Origin: Parasitella parasitica NRRL 2501
Lineage: Eukaryota > Fungi > Mucoromycota
Length of the DNA: 64,000 bases
Assembly (NCBI GenBank): GCA_025201805.1
Contig: MU619285.1
Coordinates: 31,942 to 95,941 of the forward strand
Direction: 5' to 3'
In this document: piece by piece, positions 37,665 to 51,200 of the stretch
Layout: every line of letters starts with the position of its first letter
Numbering within the stretch: position 1 is the first letter of the stretch
Made by a program: the position numbers and the translations under genes
The notes under the pieces: model-generated
Told to the model about the DNA's origin: nothing
The model's database searches: none
The model's input: the letters and a program-made list of their open reading frames with translations, nothing else

Positions 37665-38503
37665 TCAGGGTAATGACAAAGTAGTAGAAGCCGCACCCGA
37701 GGATCGCGAAGATTCAGCTCCAAATGTGTAAATTAAAGGTTGGCCTGCCACTTCAGTGCTTGAAGGTAATGGATTTAATTGCTCTATGCTTCCAGTTTTA
37801 TCAACCACTGTTTGAACGGTAAAAACAAAAGGCTGGCCTTCCACTATACTAGTAGCCTGGACAGTCTCTATTTCAGAGACTGAGCCATAGTATGTAACAG
37901 GATCACTGTTGTTGGTAGAGTATGTAAATGGTATGTTGAAGATGGCATTATTTTGAGGCACTAAGGTTTGGGTAACAGTAACAGTCTGGGTTGCATTGTA
38001 TGCACCATAATTGCGAACACGGCCTGTGTTCAAATGTCTTCTACCTGGCTCCATACATAACGCATAACGACTGTCACCACATTCTAAATCAATGCCTCCG
38101 CCAGGACCAGAAAACCCTACATAAATCGCCAAGCAATCACGGACTTGAGGATTAGTTGGGTTGTAATCCCAAGAACTAGCCGCACACATTGTATTAGGAC
38201 CACTACGAGTCTAACCATATAGAATACATACCGAATCCATGCATTTTCATTCTCTCCAACGCAATTTAGAATGATATCTGAGGCAAATAAAAAGTTCTGA
38301 TTGGTTATATCAGCTAATATGCCACCAGAATTGGCGCAGGCTGCAGCGGCATGTTCAAAATGAACTTCATTTTCTGAAATGAAAAATCCTTCGGTACCTG
38401 GAGCATCACATTCCCAAACCTCAGGTGTTCCCAGCATTTGACCAGCAGCCTTTGAAAAAATGACAGACAAGCATGCAGCAGTAGTGATAATTGATTTGAC
38501 CAT
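37665..38503 (-). CDS. Secreted protein with a C-type-lectin-like domain and a Thr/Ser-rich tail, 2 exons
   Basis: Hydrophobic signal peptide MVKSIITTAACLSVIFSKAAG. Domain pattern F.HAAAAC...GG.LADI...AWIR|SWD...DCLAI...LECGDSRYALC. One intron at ~38175-38231. Confidence 0.72.
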
Positions 38504-40246
38504 GATTTTTTAAAATTTACGAAATAGAGAAACAGGGAAGGAAAGGAAACGCAGTTGAAATCCTTGTGTTTGATCATCTTATACGACATCGTCCTTCAAC
38601 ATTCCATTCCATCAGCTTTGAATAAGATTTTTTAAATAAACAAAAACAAAGCAAGTGCACGCAGCCTTGTTGCTCATTTACACGGACAATTTATCATTCA
38701 ACCGAATTGATCAGGATCAGAATGTGCAATATTATCTCTTGTCTAAATTTCCTCAGCAAAATTTCCTTGGAAACAAAAGACGCACATGCCTCTAGACAAA
38801 CCAGAATAAGAATTGCGCTATTGGACCCAATTAAATGGATCGAATTAGCTAATCTTCTACATCGGCTTATCTAGATTAAAGACAGCTGCTAATTTGCTTC
38901 AGCAACATTGAAAACAAGGTTTCAAAGAATTATAAATCGCTTTTTACATACATTGAGGTTTTTTGTTTTGTTTTTGTTTGGAAACCTATCATTTCATGTT
39001 TTCGCAAGCGTCGATGCTCCCTATTTTGCGAAAATATAATTTGCTTGTATATTGTATGTTGTTTAAAGTTTTGGTTTGTCAAGTTGGAGCATTTATAAAC
39101 ATAGGATTTGATTTTGTGCGCAGTATACCCTCAAGCAAACTCAGCAATATTAGACATCTAGTGTTTGGTATCCTCAAATACTTTACGCAATTGCAGAATC
39201 GCAAAACCATTACAAAAGACTTTAGATGTTTATAAACACCTTCGTATTTCAAAAACCGAATAAGAGCAAGCGACTGTACAACAACGTGGCCCTTTTTCAT
39301 AACATATACCACGAATCATCTCATCATCATCATTTATCGCTTTATCACAAAAGGAAAGCATCCTTAAGTATGTGTCTAAAAGCCATTGCTGAAAAAAGTA
39401 TACATAGCTCAGAAGCCAAAGATATGCAAAACTCTTATAATGTCCATCTTTTTGCATCACAACTAAATCATCAGCGTTACCTGCTGGTTCATTCTATCGC
39501 ATTTTATCTTAAATAAGACATTCAAGTCAAGGTACTATGTATTATGGCGTCTTCACATTCGGCTCGGTCAAAAAAAGAATGAGTCAGTGATTTCAAATAT
39601 AACAAAGTTTATCCATAAACGCTATTATTCATGAAAAAAAAAAAAAAACCAGAACTAAGCACCGAATGTGTCACACACAAGCATGTTGAAATCACTTTTT
39701 TGCTCTAATCTGATTTACTTGACCATAAGAGACATTTTGCCCCACCTTTTGCTCCAGGACATTAAAAATGTTGCCCTCCCGTCTGTTGCCCTGGTTCCTT
39801 TTTTTCAGTAACGCTCCGATCCCCTTTGAAAACAAAAAAGTGATAAAAATAAGCACATGAAAGGGGGCAAGGAAAAAAGAGTGTTTTATAGCAATGAAAA
39901 GGAGAGATAAGAATATATTTAAGGGGGCTGCTCTTTTTTTTTTATATATATACATATATTTAATGTATATACAGCAATATTGTAGTTTGTGCAAGTATTT
40001 ACCGACAAAAGACGTGCACACATAAACGACTGAACAAGAACTTTTTTTTTGTCATGTAGCACAACGTCAAAATAGAAAGACTAAAAGAAATGAATATAAT
40101 CATCGGAAGAGAGGGAAGGAAGATTTGAGAAAAAAAGCAAAGAAAAAAAAAGGCCTCGACTCTGAGATGATTTCAAGGGCTATTTGTGTGTTTTGATGTG
40201 TGATACCAAAAGAATACCATTTAATAGATAACCTCCATCTCTTTAT

Positions 40247-40278
<32 letters not shown>
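40247..40278. repeat. (TC)n microsatellite upstream of the DH-PH gene
   Basis: tctctctc... run. Confidence 0.9.
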
Positions 40279-40279
<1 letters not shown>

Positions 40280-40381
40280 AATCGACATCTCCTCACTTTC
40301 CTTCTTTTATGATAATTATATAGAACCTACATTTACTGCTAAATATATCAAGCCATTCCTTCTTCTTTCTAATACAACAAC

Positions 40382-43300
40382 ATGTCTAATCAATCAGAAA
40401 CCTTGAATTCATTGATAATTGCCGAGAAAAGCTATCTCGATACCTTGCAAATCATAGATTCGGTAAACAAAGTGCTATATGTGCCTTATTTGATCTAACG
40501 TTCGGCCGATTAGAAATTATCTCCACTGTGGATGAAACAATTAGAGTCTGTTGCACCCGATTTCAGTGAATTATTAAAGTGCATTCAGGATATCCTTGCA
40601 GTCAATAAGCCATTTTATGATGTAAAGTACAGTATTTGCTGTTCATGGTTGCTTCTAGTCTAATTCGATTATCTATTTGCAGAAACTAACATCGACAAGT
40701 ATTGAATCCGATCTTGGGGACGTTTTGAAACAACTGGTACAGTGGCGCTGCATATGCTCGAGATGATACTAAAACGACTACAGATTGCGTCTATAAAATT
40801 ACCCTACACGACTTTTAGCGAAAAGTACATTAATAACATAAATCAACGTCAAGACATTTTGTGTACACCTCCAATCCAACAATTTCTTCATGTAAAATAA
40901 GGATACAGCGTTTCTCACATGACACTGGCTCACCATGTTTGTAATTTTAATTATAGGACATTGGCAAAGAAAAAGAAATCACTCTCGAGCTCTTATTTTC
41001 TGCTCCTTTACAGCAAATCCATTTTTACAAATCCCTTTTTAATGTGAGCAGCTCTTTCTCTTGCTTGTTCTCCTTTTTTTTTTAACCTTTTTTTAACCTT
41101 TTTTTTTTTTTTTTTTCAAGAAACCCAACATCAACATCGATCACTCTAATCTTGTACAAGCGAACCAACTATTTAGCTCACTCATGATTAAAAATTCTTT
41201 GCCTCCTGCCAATCTAGATCCATTATTTCATACAAAAATTAACTGCAGCTCGGTCGTCGACATTGCAAAGGACAAGCCGATTAAAAATTATCAACTATCA
41301 AAATTAGACAAAATCGTACTCTGTGATACGTTTAATTGTACAGAATTATCAAAGCGTGTACAACTGGTGCTAACTATAAATCACTTGGTTTTCTGCTGTC
41401 CAGAAAAGAACGATTTGTTGTTTCCTCCTGTTGATATCAGCGATATCGCAATTCGAACTATTCACATTGACCGCGAGTTGATAGGGGAATATCATATTCA
41501 GCTTTGGGTAAATCAGCGTCGACTGTTCACTTTTTCAACCAAATCGAAGCAAGAAAGAAATACGTGGCTTGGTTTAGATATAAATAGCTCAGTGAAAAAG
41601 TCTGATGCTATTGCTATAGCGTGGATTCCGCTATTATCGATTGTCGAGAAATACGATGTCAAAAGGCAATCAAGAGCTTCAGCAAAGCCCATCAAGACTC
41701 AAGATCTATTTGCATTTTACACTGATCAAACTGGTGAAATATCCCCACTCGTCTCTTCCGATGAAGAAGATGAAGACGACGACAGTGACCAAGACGACGA
41801 AAAGGAAGAGGAGAAGCCAGCAGGTTGGTATTTATTAAACTACATTGATTATTAAGAATCGCACCAAAATTGACTATTTTTAAATCGACCATGCTACATA
41901 GATAAAGGAATTAGCTCTTCTTTTGCTACTATCGCTGCTGCTCCAGTGCCCCCTCCAAAAGAATCTTCGATTATGTCTCGACTGCCAAAAGATCAAACCA
42001 ACAGACCTATCGTCGTATCGAGCACAAAGTCTCTTCCTGTTCGCAATCAATCATTGAGGCAGTCTTCTCCTATTCCGTCAACCATGCTTTCTTATGCTGG
42101 TACAACAAGAGCCCCTGACACTCCATTGCCTGTTCGTCCACCAAACGTGCGATCACTGTCGGCTCATCAACAGCCCATGATAGAATCAACATCCTCGACC
42201 CCGTCAACCACATCTTCCACGTCTTCTTCGTCGTCTTCTTCTGCTGCAAAAAAATCGTCTTTTATGCGTTCCGTCATGGCAGCCGTGTCAAACCGCTCTT
42301 CTTTGCGCCATTCAAAGACTAATCTCAAGCCAAGTATTAATTCTGTCTTGTCATCCTCAACACCAAACTTAAAAGGACCGCCCAGCAAGAACAGCATGCA
42401 AAACATGAGTACAGTATCTCTTGATCAACAAACTCTAAAGCGGCCCACTGATCCCGCTTTGTTGCGCCGTTACTCAGCAGCTAACTTGCCCACTACTCAG
42501 CATCAGCATCAGCATCAGCATCCACCCTTGCCACCTCAGCATTTAACTATACCTTCACATCAACCGCAAAGGCCATTTAGCCAGCGTTCATCATTTACAT
42601 CAAGCCAGTCTAGTCTGGCATTAACTCCACCATTAAGTAGATCGTCCAGTCCTGGATCAATGACCCCTGTTGGAGCGTCTCGTTATCAAACACCGTCTTC
42701 CTCTTCATCTGAAGATTTGGGCTCACCACCCGAGAGTGTAAGTTTATTTCCATTCATGGCTTTATCACGTTTTTTTTTTTTTTTTTTTAATCTCTTTGCC
42801 ATTTAGCCTGATATTTTATCGCAGCATGGGAATACTATCAAATCCGTCTTGTACAGCAACCAACAATCCCAAGTATTCCATTGGAAAGATGAATCCTGGT
42901 ATGCGGTGCAAGAGGAATGTTCAGTAGAAGTTCGGCAGACATTCAGTAGTCGTTCTTGTGTGGCCATCCATATGAAGAAAACGGGGCAACTCTATCTCAA
43001 CGCGTGGGTGCTTCCTGATACTTTTATTTGCCGCACTACAGAGACTGATCTGAGTCTATCATTGCATATTACCAACAGCCAATCTCCACTTGAAAACTAC
43101 TTGATCCATTGCGAATCCAAATTAGAAGCTGATCGTTTGACAAGCATATTAGAGCAAATGCACCAAGAATCTATAAAAATGAATATGGTTATTTCCGCCA
43201 CAAGCACATTGAGAGGTGCACCTCCCCTTTTGATGCGCGCCGCTTCATCGCTATCAGCAAACAATACGCTTACAACCGAAGAGCTGCAAAAGACTTTAAA

Positions 43301-43637
43301 GTTGGCAATGCAATGTAAATGCAAACTCTTTGTTCAAAGTGCAAGTTCGAAATGGAATAGTTTTGGAAGTGTTTACATGAAGGTGTCTCAGCAATATGCC
43401 ACCAAAAAAATGCATATCGCAATGGAATCCCATAAAGGCGGCAAAGTCACTCAGTTAGTGAGTGCCATGGTGCAGAGTAGAAATGTTGAGAGATTAAGTC
43501 CAAAACGAATCTCCTTCATGATGGTTGATGAATTAGAAAAGAACAGTGTTGTTTACATGATTCAAGTTAGAGAAGACACAACCAGTGATAAAATTTTCGA
43601 ATACATCAAGACAAAAAATAGTGAAAATGGATGGTAG
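40382..43637 (+). CDS. Degenerate DH (RhoGEF-like)-PH protein with a Ser/Pro-rich linker and two C-terminal PH-like domains, multi-exon
   Basis: N-terminus SLIIAEKSYLDTLQII and TLELLFSAPLQQIHFYKSLF resemble DH motifs CR1 and CR3. PH-like LVLTINHLVFC...FSTKSKQERNTW. C-terminal QVFHWKDESW...LYLNAWV...YLIHC and KCKLFVQ..SKWNSFG...YMIQV blocks. Confidence 0.7.
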
Positions 43638-43789
43638 CCTAATAATTTGCTACAATCATATAAACAAACTCCCTCACAATCATATTATATCACTATATTA
43701 TATCCATCTTAACCTATTCCATAGACACACTGTGAAAAATTGCCATTTAGTATATTATACCAATAAATTTTATCATGTCGTGTTCACTT

Positions 43790-43809
43790 NNNNNNNNNNN
43801 NNNNNNNNN
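43790..43809. other. Assembly gap
   Basis: 20 N bases. Confidence 1.
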
Positions 43810-44899
43810 ACCAACCTTGATTTTCGCTTCTGCTTCCGAGTACTTGTGCATGCATACACGTTACGCATGCATGTAAATATAATGCATGGGAAGCGCGTAT
43901 CATGCAGTTGATCTATACTACCGATCACTTTACTTTTTCACGTAAACATATGCAATGCTTGGCAATGAATATCTAGGATTACTCAATCCATACGGATGTA
44001 TGAAAATAATCCAAGTAACGATGTATGTATATACCGAAGGCATTTTTCTTTAGACTACACACTCAGGTTTTTGGATTTTTTCGTACCCTAGCAGCACATA
44101 ATTGCTCAACATGACATGACTTATCGATTTCAATTGGATTCTCTACAAATTACACTCAAAGCTTTTTTCAACATATGCTATAACAATTGCATGATTCACG
44201 ATAATTCATCGATTAACCGTTGGTTTATGTTTATTATGAATCGTAAAGCAGTAAATGTTGTTTACATATGTGTTTACTATATCCACATTAACCTACCAAA
44301 TACCTCTCAAGCAGTTCCTATTTCGTCCAAAAACGAAGCGCTTTGGTCGAGAAAAGTGAGAAAGAAATGATTTATTTTGCGTGAAAAGACTTTTTGGAAC
44401 AGTTATTTAATTTTTAGACAAAGATAATCGAATTGCCATTTAAAACTATTGTTTTAACTGGTTTTCCAAGGATAAATGATTACGGGTAAGATCCTAAATT
44501 ATAGTCAATTATTCATCGAGGACTTCGTGGAAGCAGGAATCGAGAAAGAGAGAACTATTGGCATAAATAATAAAAGTTGGAGTTATTTCTGTTACTCTTG
44601 GCGTTAAATCACGTATCCTTGAATTCGTATTAGTTTGTTCTTGATGATTGTGATCTTTTTAGAACGCTCCTCGATTATTTGAAGTTCTTTTTATGCGATA
44701 ACTCAGTTTATATTGATCTATAACTATGGACGACCACATTGTTGGTTACAATGAATTTATTATTTTGACAGTTGCTACTCATAATGAGTTCATGGAAACT
44801 GTAGTCTCCAATAAGTCCTGTCTGACCTTTTCAATATTGTTAGAAAAGTCAAAAGATGAAGATATCCGAACGAAGGAGGCAATTACGAAATGGGATTAT

Positions 44900-45030
44900 A
44901 TGTGCGCTATACGGTACTGCCCAAGATAAAACTAGTTTTTTTTGCCTGAAGATTGAGTGCATCAGCTGCAGCAAAAGGGTTGGGCATTTACTTTGAACTG
45001 CACAGAGTTGGGTTGAGCATCTTGAACGAA
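44900..45030 (+). mobile_element. Decayed Tc1 transposase HTH fragment
   Basis: SASAAAKGLGIY/RTAQSW matches the SASAALRQLGIYIRAAQR block of the 26.3-27.4 kb element. Confidence 0.6.
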
Positions 45031-45939
45031 GAACATAAAACCATCATTATATCACTTTCTTTGATGATACTCAAAGTTTCACGCATCGTTGTTTATAACT
45101 TTATGAAAAATTTATACGTTACTGGCTACCTGTAAGGATTATGATTATGGATCAATGATTCAAATTGGTTTATAGCTATCTTTTATTATTGGTAAATACT
45201 TATATAATGTTTGAGCTGCTTCTACCAATTTATTCGCACCCTTATCCTAAGATTTAATATCTGTTTCTCATCCAAGTAAAGCTAAATGTAAAAACATGTC
45301 TTGTTGGATACCTCAGTTATACAGTCCTCTACTGAAAAAAAGAAATTACATGAGTAAAACCAATTTATGGACTTCACACAAAATATTGTACTAATGTTTT
45401 TTATTATAATGTAACGTTGAGTAATAAGCAAATCTTAGTCTTATAAAAGAGCAACGTTGACCATAAATCTATTTCATACACCAATTGACACTCTGATCAA
45501 CCATTCAATTGTCTGATCAAGATTGCTAATCATTATTGATACTATGATCAATTTCCAATAGCGATATCATCAGTAAATTGACTATTTTATCAGCATTGAT
45601 TGACCTATTCAATTAGCGCTGCTCAATAATGACTAGATTGTCGTTCCTATTAAATAAAAATAGTGAACTACTACTTTATATTAATACTTACTATGAATTT
45701 GATTGAAATGGTTTCCAAGCTCACTGTTGTATCAAAATGAGATGTACAGCTTGGGCAACCAAAGTTTTCTGTTACATTTTGCTATTAATGGAAAAATAAT
45801 CTACAATCAAATTATTTAATTTGAAATACTTTTGAATTGGAGATAGAGGCAGAAATGTATTTCATACTAGAGTGGAGAATGCTAAATATAAAAAAGGCTC
45901 CCAGCTAACATAACCGTATTTATGTTGTATCTATAGAAT

Positions 45940-46580
45940 ACTATTTCAACTCAGCTGTCATGGCAACCGTTCCTGATCAGATCTAAGGTTAAATGGCATC
46001 GGTTATTCTATCTAGTAAATAGAAGTAGTCAATAGAATGTCTTGTATAAAACACCATCTATTTGGGTTCTACTTATTCTAAATTGAGAAGCTCGACTTAT
46101 CGATGAATAATTCACATTCATAAGGATTAGCTGATTAAATACAGAAATAGGTCTTGCCCTGACTGTTGTATCCATATAAAGGCTACATATGTCATATCTA
46201 ACTTAGTCATAATGCACGGATCATGATATTAATTGTTGGTAATTCTTTTACAAATAAGGAATAAGCTACAAGTTGTAATTGGACCTCTTGCAAGGTTCCA
46301 GGCTTATTCAAAGAATACATCTAGATCAGATCGCGGGATGTCGGGAAGACATCCTACCCAATCTTCTCTTTAATGTAAAATAGAAAGATTGGTCTGTCCT
46401 GAAAATGCTGTGATTTAATAAGGTTTGACACTTCTTGTCAAACATCAGATGTTATGTGGATAAACATTGATTGGGATATATTTTAGTATAAATAGAGATC
46501 ATATCTTATGTCAATAAAAGTCTTCAGTTTTGTATCTGGTTTTATTCAGAAAAGTCTTATTACTTTATACAAATCATATT
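45940..46580. repeat. Inverted sibling copy of the 5.3-8.4 kb repeat family
   Basis: 45941-46164 is a diverged reverse complement of 5357-5590. 46440-46580 is a diverged reverse complement of ~6340-6480, including CTTCAGTTTyGTATCTGGTTTTATTCAGAA. Confidence 0.85.
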
Positions 46581-46959
46581 TTACATAACATTACGTTGCG
46601 CCCTTTGACACTGGCACAACATTTATGATTAATTTTGATTTCGGAGAGGGTTGTGTCTTTTTTTTTGTCCAGTAAAGAAAGAAAACTGCCAGAAGTCTTG
46701 AAATATCTTGAACAAAAATGCTAATTTAACAAAAGTTCGCAGAATACCTTCAAATGAATTTGAACGGTCTTGAATAGACCATATAAGCAAGATGCCATAT
46801 TTAGCAAATGGTAAATAAGATAGCCAGGGAGGCAAACTTGGCTGTTATATAAATTTTGTTGGAACAAGCTTTATCTGAATTTTGTCTTGGTTTTCTTGTT
46901 TTCTTTGGAATAAGAAATAATTGTCCCTATGGAATCGATATATCATGTTATTCCAAAAG

Positions 46960-47810
46960 AAGTCCATTTTCTTGGTATTGAACAGACGTTTTGAAGTATT
47001 GTGGGCTCTGGGCATAGTGTAGTCTATCTCCCAAAAGACCAGAAAGTCAGGTAGATGTTGTAAGATTTCTATACACGATAAACTAGATCAATTAATAATT
47101 TCTTTCTGTCATTATTTCAAAACAGAGCATTAAAACTCTATTCCAACGAGGTCAAAAAGTCATTCAATCTGATGCACTATTACGATATCTTTTGCAAATC
47201 CTTAAAATGGAATTTTGCTGTCAGTGCTCCCTTGCAACGTGTAATTTGTCGAGCAAATGCAACAGCAGCATGTCAACTCACTTCCAATGAATTTTTTACC
47301 GAAGAAATTGATCAAGCCACTGATAACGCTTTTAAACGTGTTGAAGAGCGCAAGCAGGCCAAAAACAAGGGAAAACATAAGCGTTTCTTAGAAGAATGAG
47401 GAGCTGGCATCTATCCACGTTTGCTAATTGAAGACCAAATTAGAAGCAAACGGAGGACTTTAATGAATCTGAAAAAGTAAAATTCATAATGATAGAATTT
47501 GAGGGAGAAAAAAGATGAAGCAATGACGAAGAAAGCAATGACGAAGAAAGCAACGACATTCAATACATGAATGGTTATTTTGTTCCAATCTTAAAACGTA
47601 CGTTAATCTATATTTGATTTACAATGATATAGTTTCTGTTTCTTCCTTCTTCTTTCCCGTGATTTCCCCCAAGGATGACCAACCAAACCCTTTGAAGACG
47701 ATCATGGATGTAATAATTTCTGATATGATTGAATCTAGATACAAAATCTCTCGTTTTATCGCCATTAAGTAAATCAGAAATTTTTATTTGCCCAAGCAGG
47801 ATCAACAAGG
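46960..47810. mobile_element. Second, deleted copy of the PIF/Harbinger element
   Basis: Colinear matches to 32.1-33.0 kb: AAGTATTGyGGGCTCT, CCAACGAG.TCAAAAAGTCATT, GAAGAGCGCAAGCAGGCCAAA and GGAGCTGGCAT. It includes the transposase 3' end but lacks the DDE core. Confidence 0.85.
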
Positions 47811-48239
47811 CGAACTTTGCTTAGATTTCCCGTAAATCCTCTATCTAGCACACTGGTAAAAACCTCTCTGTGGTTTCTAAGTAAATACCTTTTATTCAAT
47901 TTTTACATCTTCGTATTTACTTGGACGAAAAACAATTAGTATTTTAAACTGTATTAGGATTTGGCCGTTTGAGCCATTTTAAGAGTGTGTGAGATATGCA
48001 TATTCTACAAGCAAAATTTGCTAATTAGCCTGTAGTAAAATAAGAATTATATGTATTCAAATTAACAACTGATTGTTATTTCATTGCTTTGATTTTGAAG
48101 TGTCCAGCAACACTGTCACTTTTAACATGCAGCTTCAAATTGTCACGACAATGGGGATGCTCACAAGAATCGCGTTTTGATTTGGACAACCTACTTTTTT
48201 TTTTCTCTTTTTATAACATCGTTTTTCAGTTGCACGATT

Positions 48240-51200
48240 ATGGGAATTGAAAAGTATTTTGCAAAGAACCCGGTACAAAGAAACAAAAGCTTCGTGTACA
48301 AAAATTTTGAGCTAACAATGCGTTTCTCTCAACAGGTCGAATCTGGAAAGAAGCCGACAGCAACATCTGCTCGAAAGAAAAAAGCTACTGGTAAAAATAT
48401 ATCAAGTCTAACTGTTATATTGCAAAGACAAAAGCCTAAAAAGTTGTTCATTATGTAGAGAAATCTGATGATATGTATTGACACTGTTCCTAACAACCCA
48501 AATGATATCTTGAGCCTTACTGAAGTATTATTATTTTTGTAGCCCAACCTCAACAGTTTCAATGCATTTTTCTAAAAAGAATGAGACAAGGTATAATGAT
48601 GGATATATTGAGATATCGATGAATAGATCAACTTATTTCAGCTCTCTTCAACGCTAGTGTTGACCCAAAAGCATTTTTTGAATCAAAGGAAACATCGTCA
48701 ACGCCCATAGCAACTACCAAATCAGCCGTATCTAAAGCAGTAGAATCCAAAGTTGCAGTAGTTACTATTACCAAGCCTACTAAAGCAAACCCCAAAGAAG
48801 TTGCAACCAAACAAGTTGAATCCAAATCATCTTCGTCCAAAGCACCTAAAGCAAAAACCGCCACAGCTAAAGCAGCGCCTGCAGCAAAGACAACTGCAAC
48901 AGCAAAAAAAGGAACTAAGCGTAAAATTCCTGTCAGATCTGCAAAAAAGAGGGATCTACATATTGATAGTGAAGACGATTTCAAAGATGATAAAAGCTCC
49001 AGTGACGATGATTTCACTGATGAGGCTGATAACGCTAGCGATAAGGATGAGGACGCTTATGAAGAAGAACCTGAAGAAGTTGTTCGTTCCCAAAAGAAAT
49101 CTAAAAAAGCTGATTCTCCAGCACCTGTCAAAAAAGCCACCAAAAAGGCAAGCAAAGCCAAGGAAGAAGTTAATGATGAACAAGTGGATGAGAAGCCTAA
49201 AAAGAAGAACTATTTTGCCATGATGAAAGCTCAAGAGCCTCCAAAAGCTTTAGGAACTCGTCCTGAACCAGTTGGTGCTCCCAACTGTTTAGATGGCTCT
49301 GCATTCGTTATTTCAGGGCAATACGAAACTTTAACTAGAGATCAAACCAAGGATATTATTATGAGATACGGAGGGTAAACAGCATTTTACTCTGCAATCC
49401 AATTGTATCATACTAAGTTTTTTTTATAGTCGAGTGACCACGGCCGTTAGTGGTAAAACATCGTATCTTTGTTTGGGAAGAGATGGTGGTGAATCAAAGA
49501 TTGCCAAAGCCAAAAATGTTGGAACCAAAGTACTTGATGAAGATGCGTTTTATCATCTTGTCGAATCTTCCAGTGAAAAGAAACATGCAAGCAGCGCCCC
49601 AGCAGCAAGCTCTAAACCAACTTCAGCTGAAGCAAAGGCACAACTTGGTGTGCCAACGTAAGTCTTATTTTCTTTTATTTGGATCCAATGTCATTTGGTT
49701 AAACAAAGCTTTCCAGTCCGTCCAAAGAGGCCAACCAAACACAATTGTGGACTGAGAAATACAAGCCAACTGATATCAAGGACATTCTTGGCAACAAAGA
49801 GATGGTTCGTCGCATTTGTTCGTGGCTTGAGAACTGGCAACAAAACTACCAAAAGGGGTTTGATAACACTGGTGACGACCTGAATCATTATGGCGCACTT
49901 TTGCTTAGTGGTCCTCCTGGTATTGGCAAAACCACTACAGCTAATGTTGTTGCCAAAACAAACGGTTATGAACCTCTCGAATTCAATGCAAGTGATGTTC
50001 GTAGCAAAAAGATCCTGGAAGAGAGTATTAGCGAAATGATGGATAATCGTACCATGACTGAATTTTTTCAAAATGCCAAATCTTCAACAGCAAGTAAAAA
50101 GGTACGTTCTGCATAGCTCATGATATATACGAGATTAACCTTAAAGTAGGTTGCGGAACCGAGATTACTAAAAGGCAAAAAGGTCGTTTTAATCATGGAC
50201 GAGGTTGATGGCATGTCGGGTGGTGATCGAGGCGGATCGGTAGAATTGGCACAACTTATTAGAAGAAGCAAGATTCCTGTCATCTGTATATGCAATGATT
50301 CTAGATCAACCAAGGTTACTCCTTTATTGAGAGTATGTTATGAAGCTAAATTCCGAAGGTATAAACTATAAAAAAACACCTTGAAGGCACCACGAATTAA
50401 TAGGATTTGTATAGAACACCTGCCGCACAAATCAGATCTAGAATCCTAACAATTGCATTCAGGTAAGAGCATGGTTTACATAGTGCTATTTCAAATAACT
50501 TATGTAAAGAAAAAAAAAAAAAAAACTGTAGGGAAGGTCTTGATCTTAAGCCAAATGCAGTGGATCAATTGGTTGAATCGACTCAAAATGATATTAGACA
50601 AGTCATTAATATCCTGTCTACCTATCGCCTAAATGAAACGGGCATGGATTATGATCAGGCCAAGAAAGTGTAAGTGAAATCTGTGTAATGAGTACAGCCA
50701 TAAACTAAACATTGTGTATACAAAGTGGTAAACAAAATCAAAAACATTCTATCCTTGGCTTGTTTGATATTCCTGGAGAACTTCTTACTGGTCTAGGTTG
50801 GAGATCAAAGAACTTGACTGAAAAGTATGAAATTTACTTTCACGACTATACTCTTTCAAACTTGATGATCCAAGTAGGTACTACCAAATCCAGCAGGACT
50901 TTTACTGACGATTGAAACAGGAAAATTATTTGAAATGCGCACCTGAATTAGCTGTGTCCAAAACTGGTAATCCAGTAGAAAGAGAGTGCAATGAAATGGA
51001 CTTGATCGCAAAGGCAGCCGAGGCTATTGCCGATGGTGATCTCGTTGATACCATGATCCATGGGTTAGTGTGCAATAACACCGAATCATGATACACATCA
51101 CTAAAATATACAACCAGTACTGTCCAGCATTGGTCCCTCATGCCTGTTCACTCCATTTTTTCTTGTGTTCAGCCTGCGAGCTACGTTAGAGGATTAATCA

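Noticed and set aside
38900-40300. Cluster of 60-110 aa ORFs on both strands
   Set aside because: No recognisable domain. They overlap in conflicting frames and are treated as intergenic sequence or unidentifiable decayed repeat.
48466-48523. Possible intronic C/D snoRNA in RFC1 (TGATGA ... CTGA)
   Set aside because: The TGATGA falls in a plausible 16-nt coding microexon (KSDD). I see no terminal stem and no recognisable rRNA guide.
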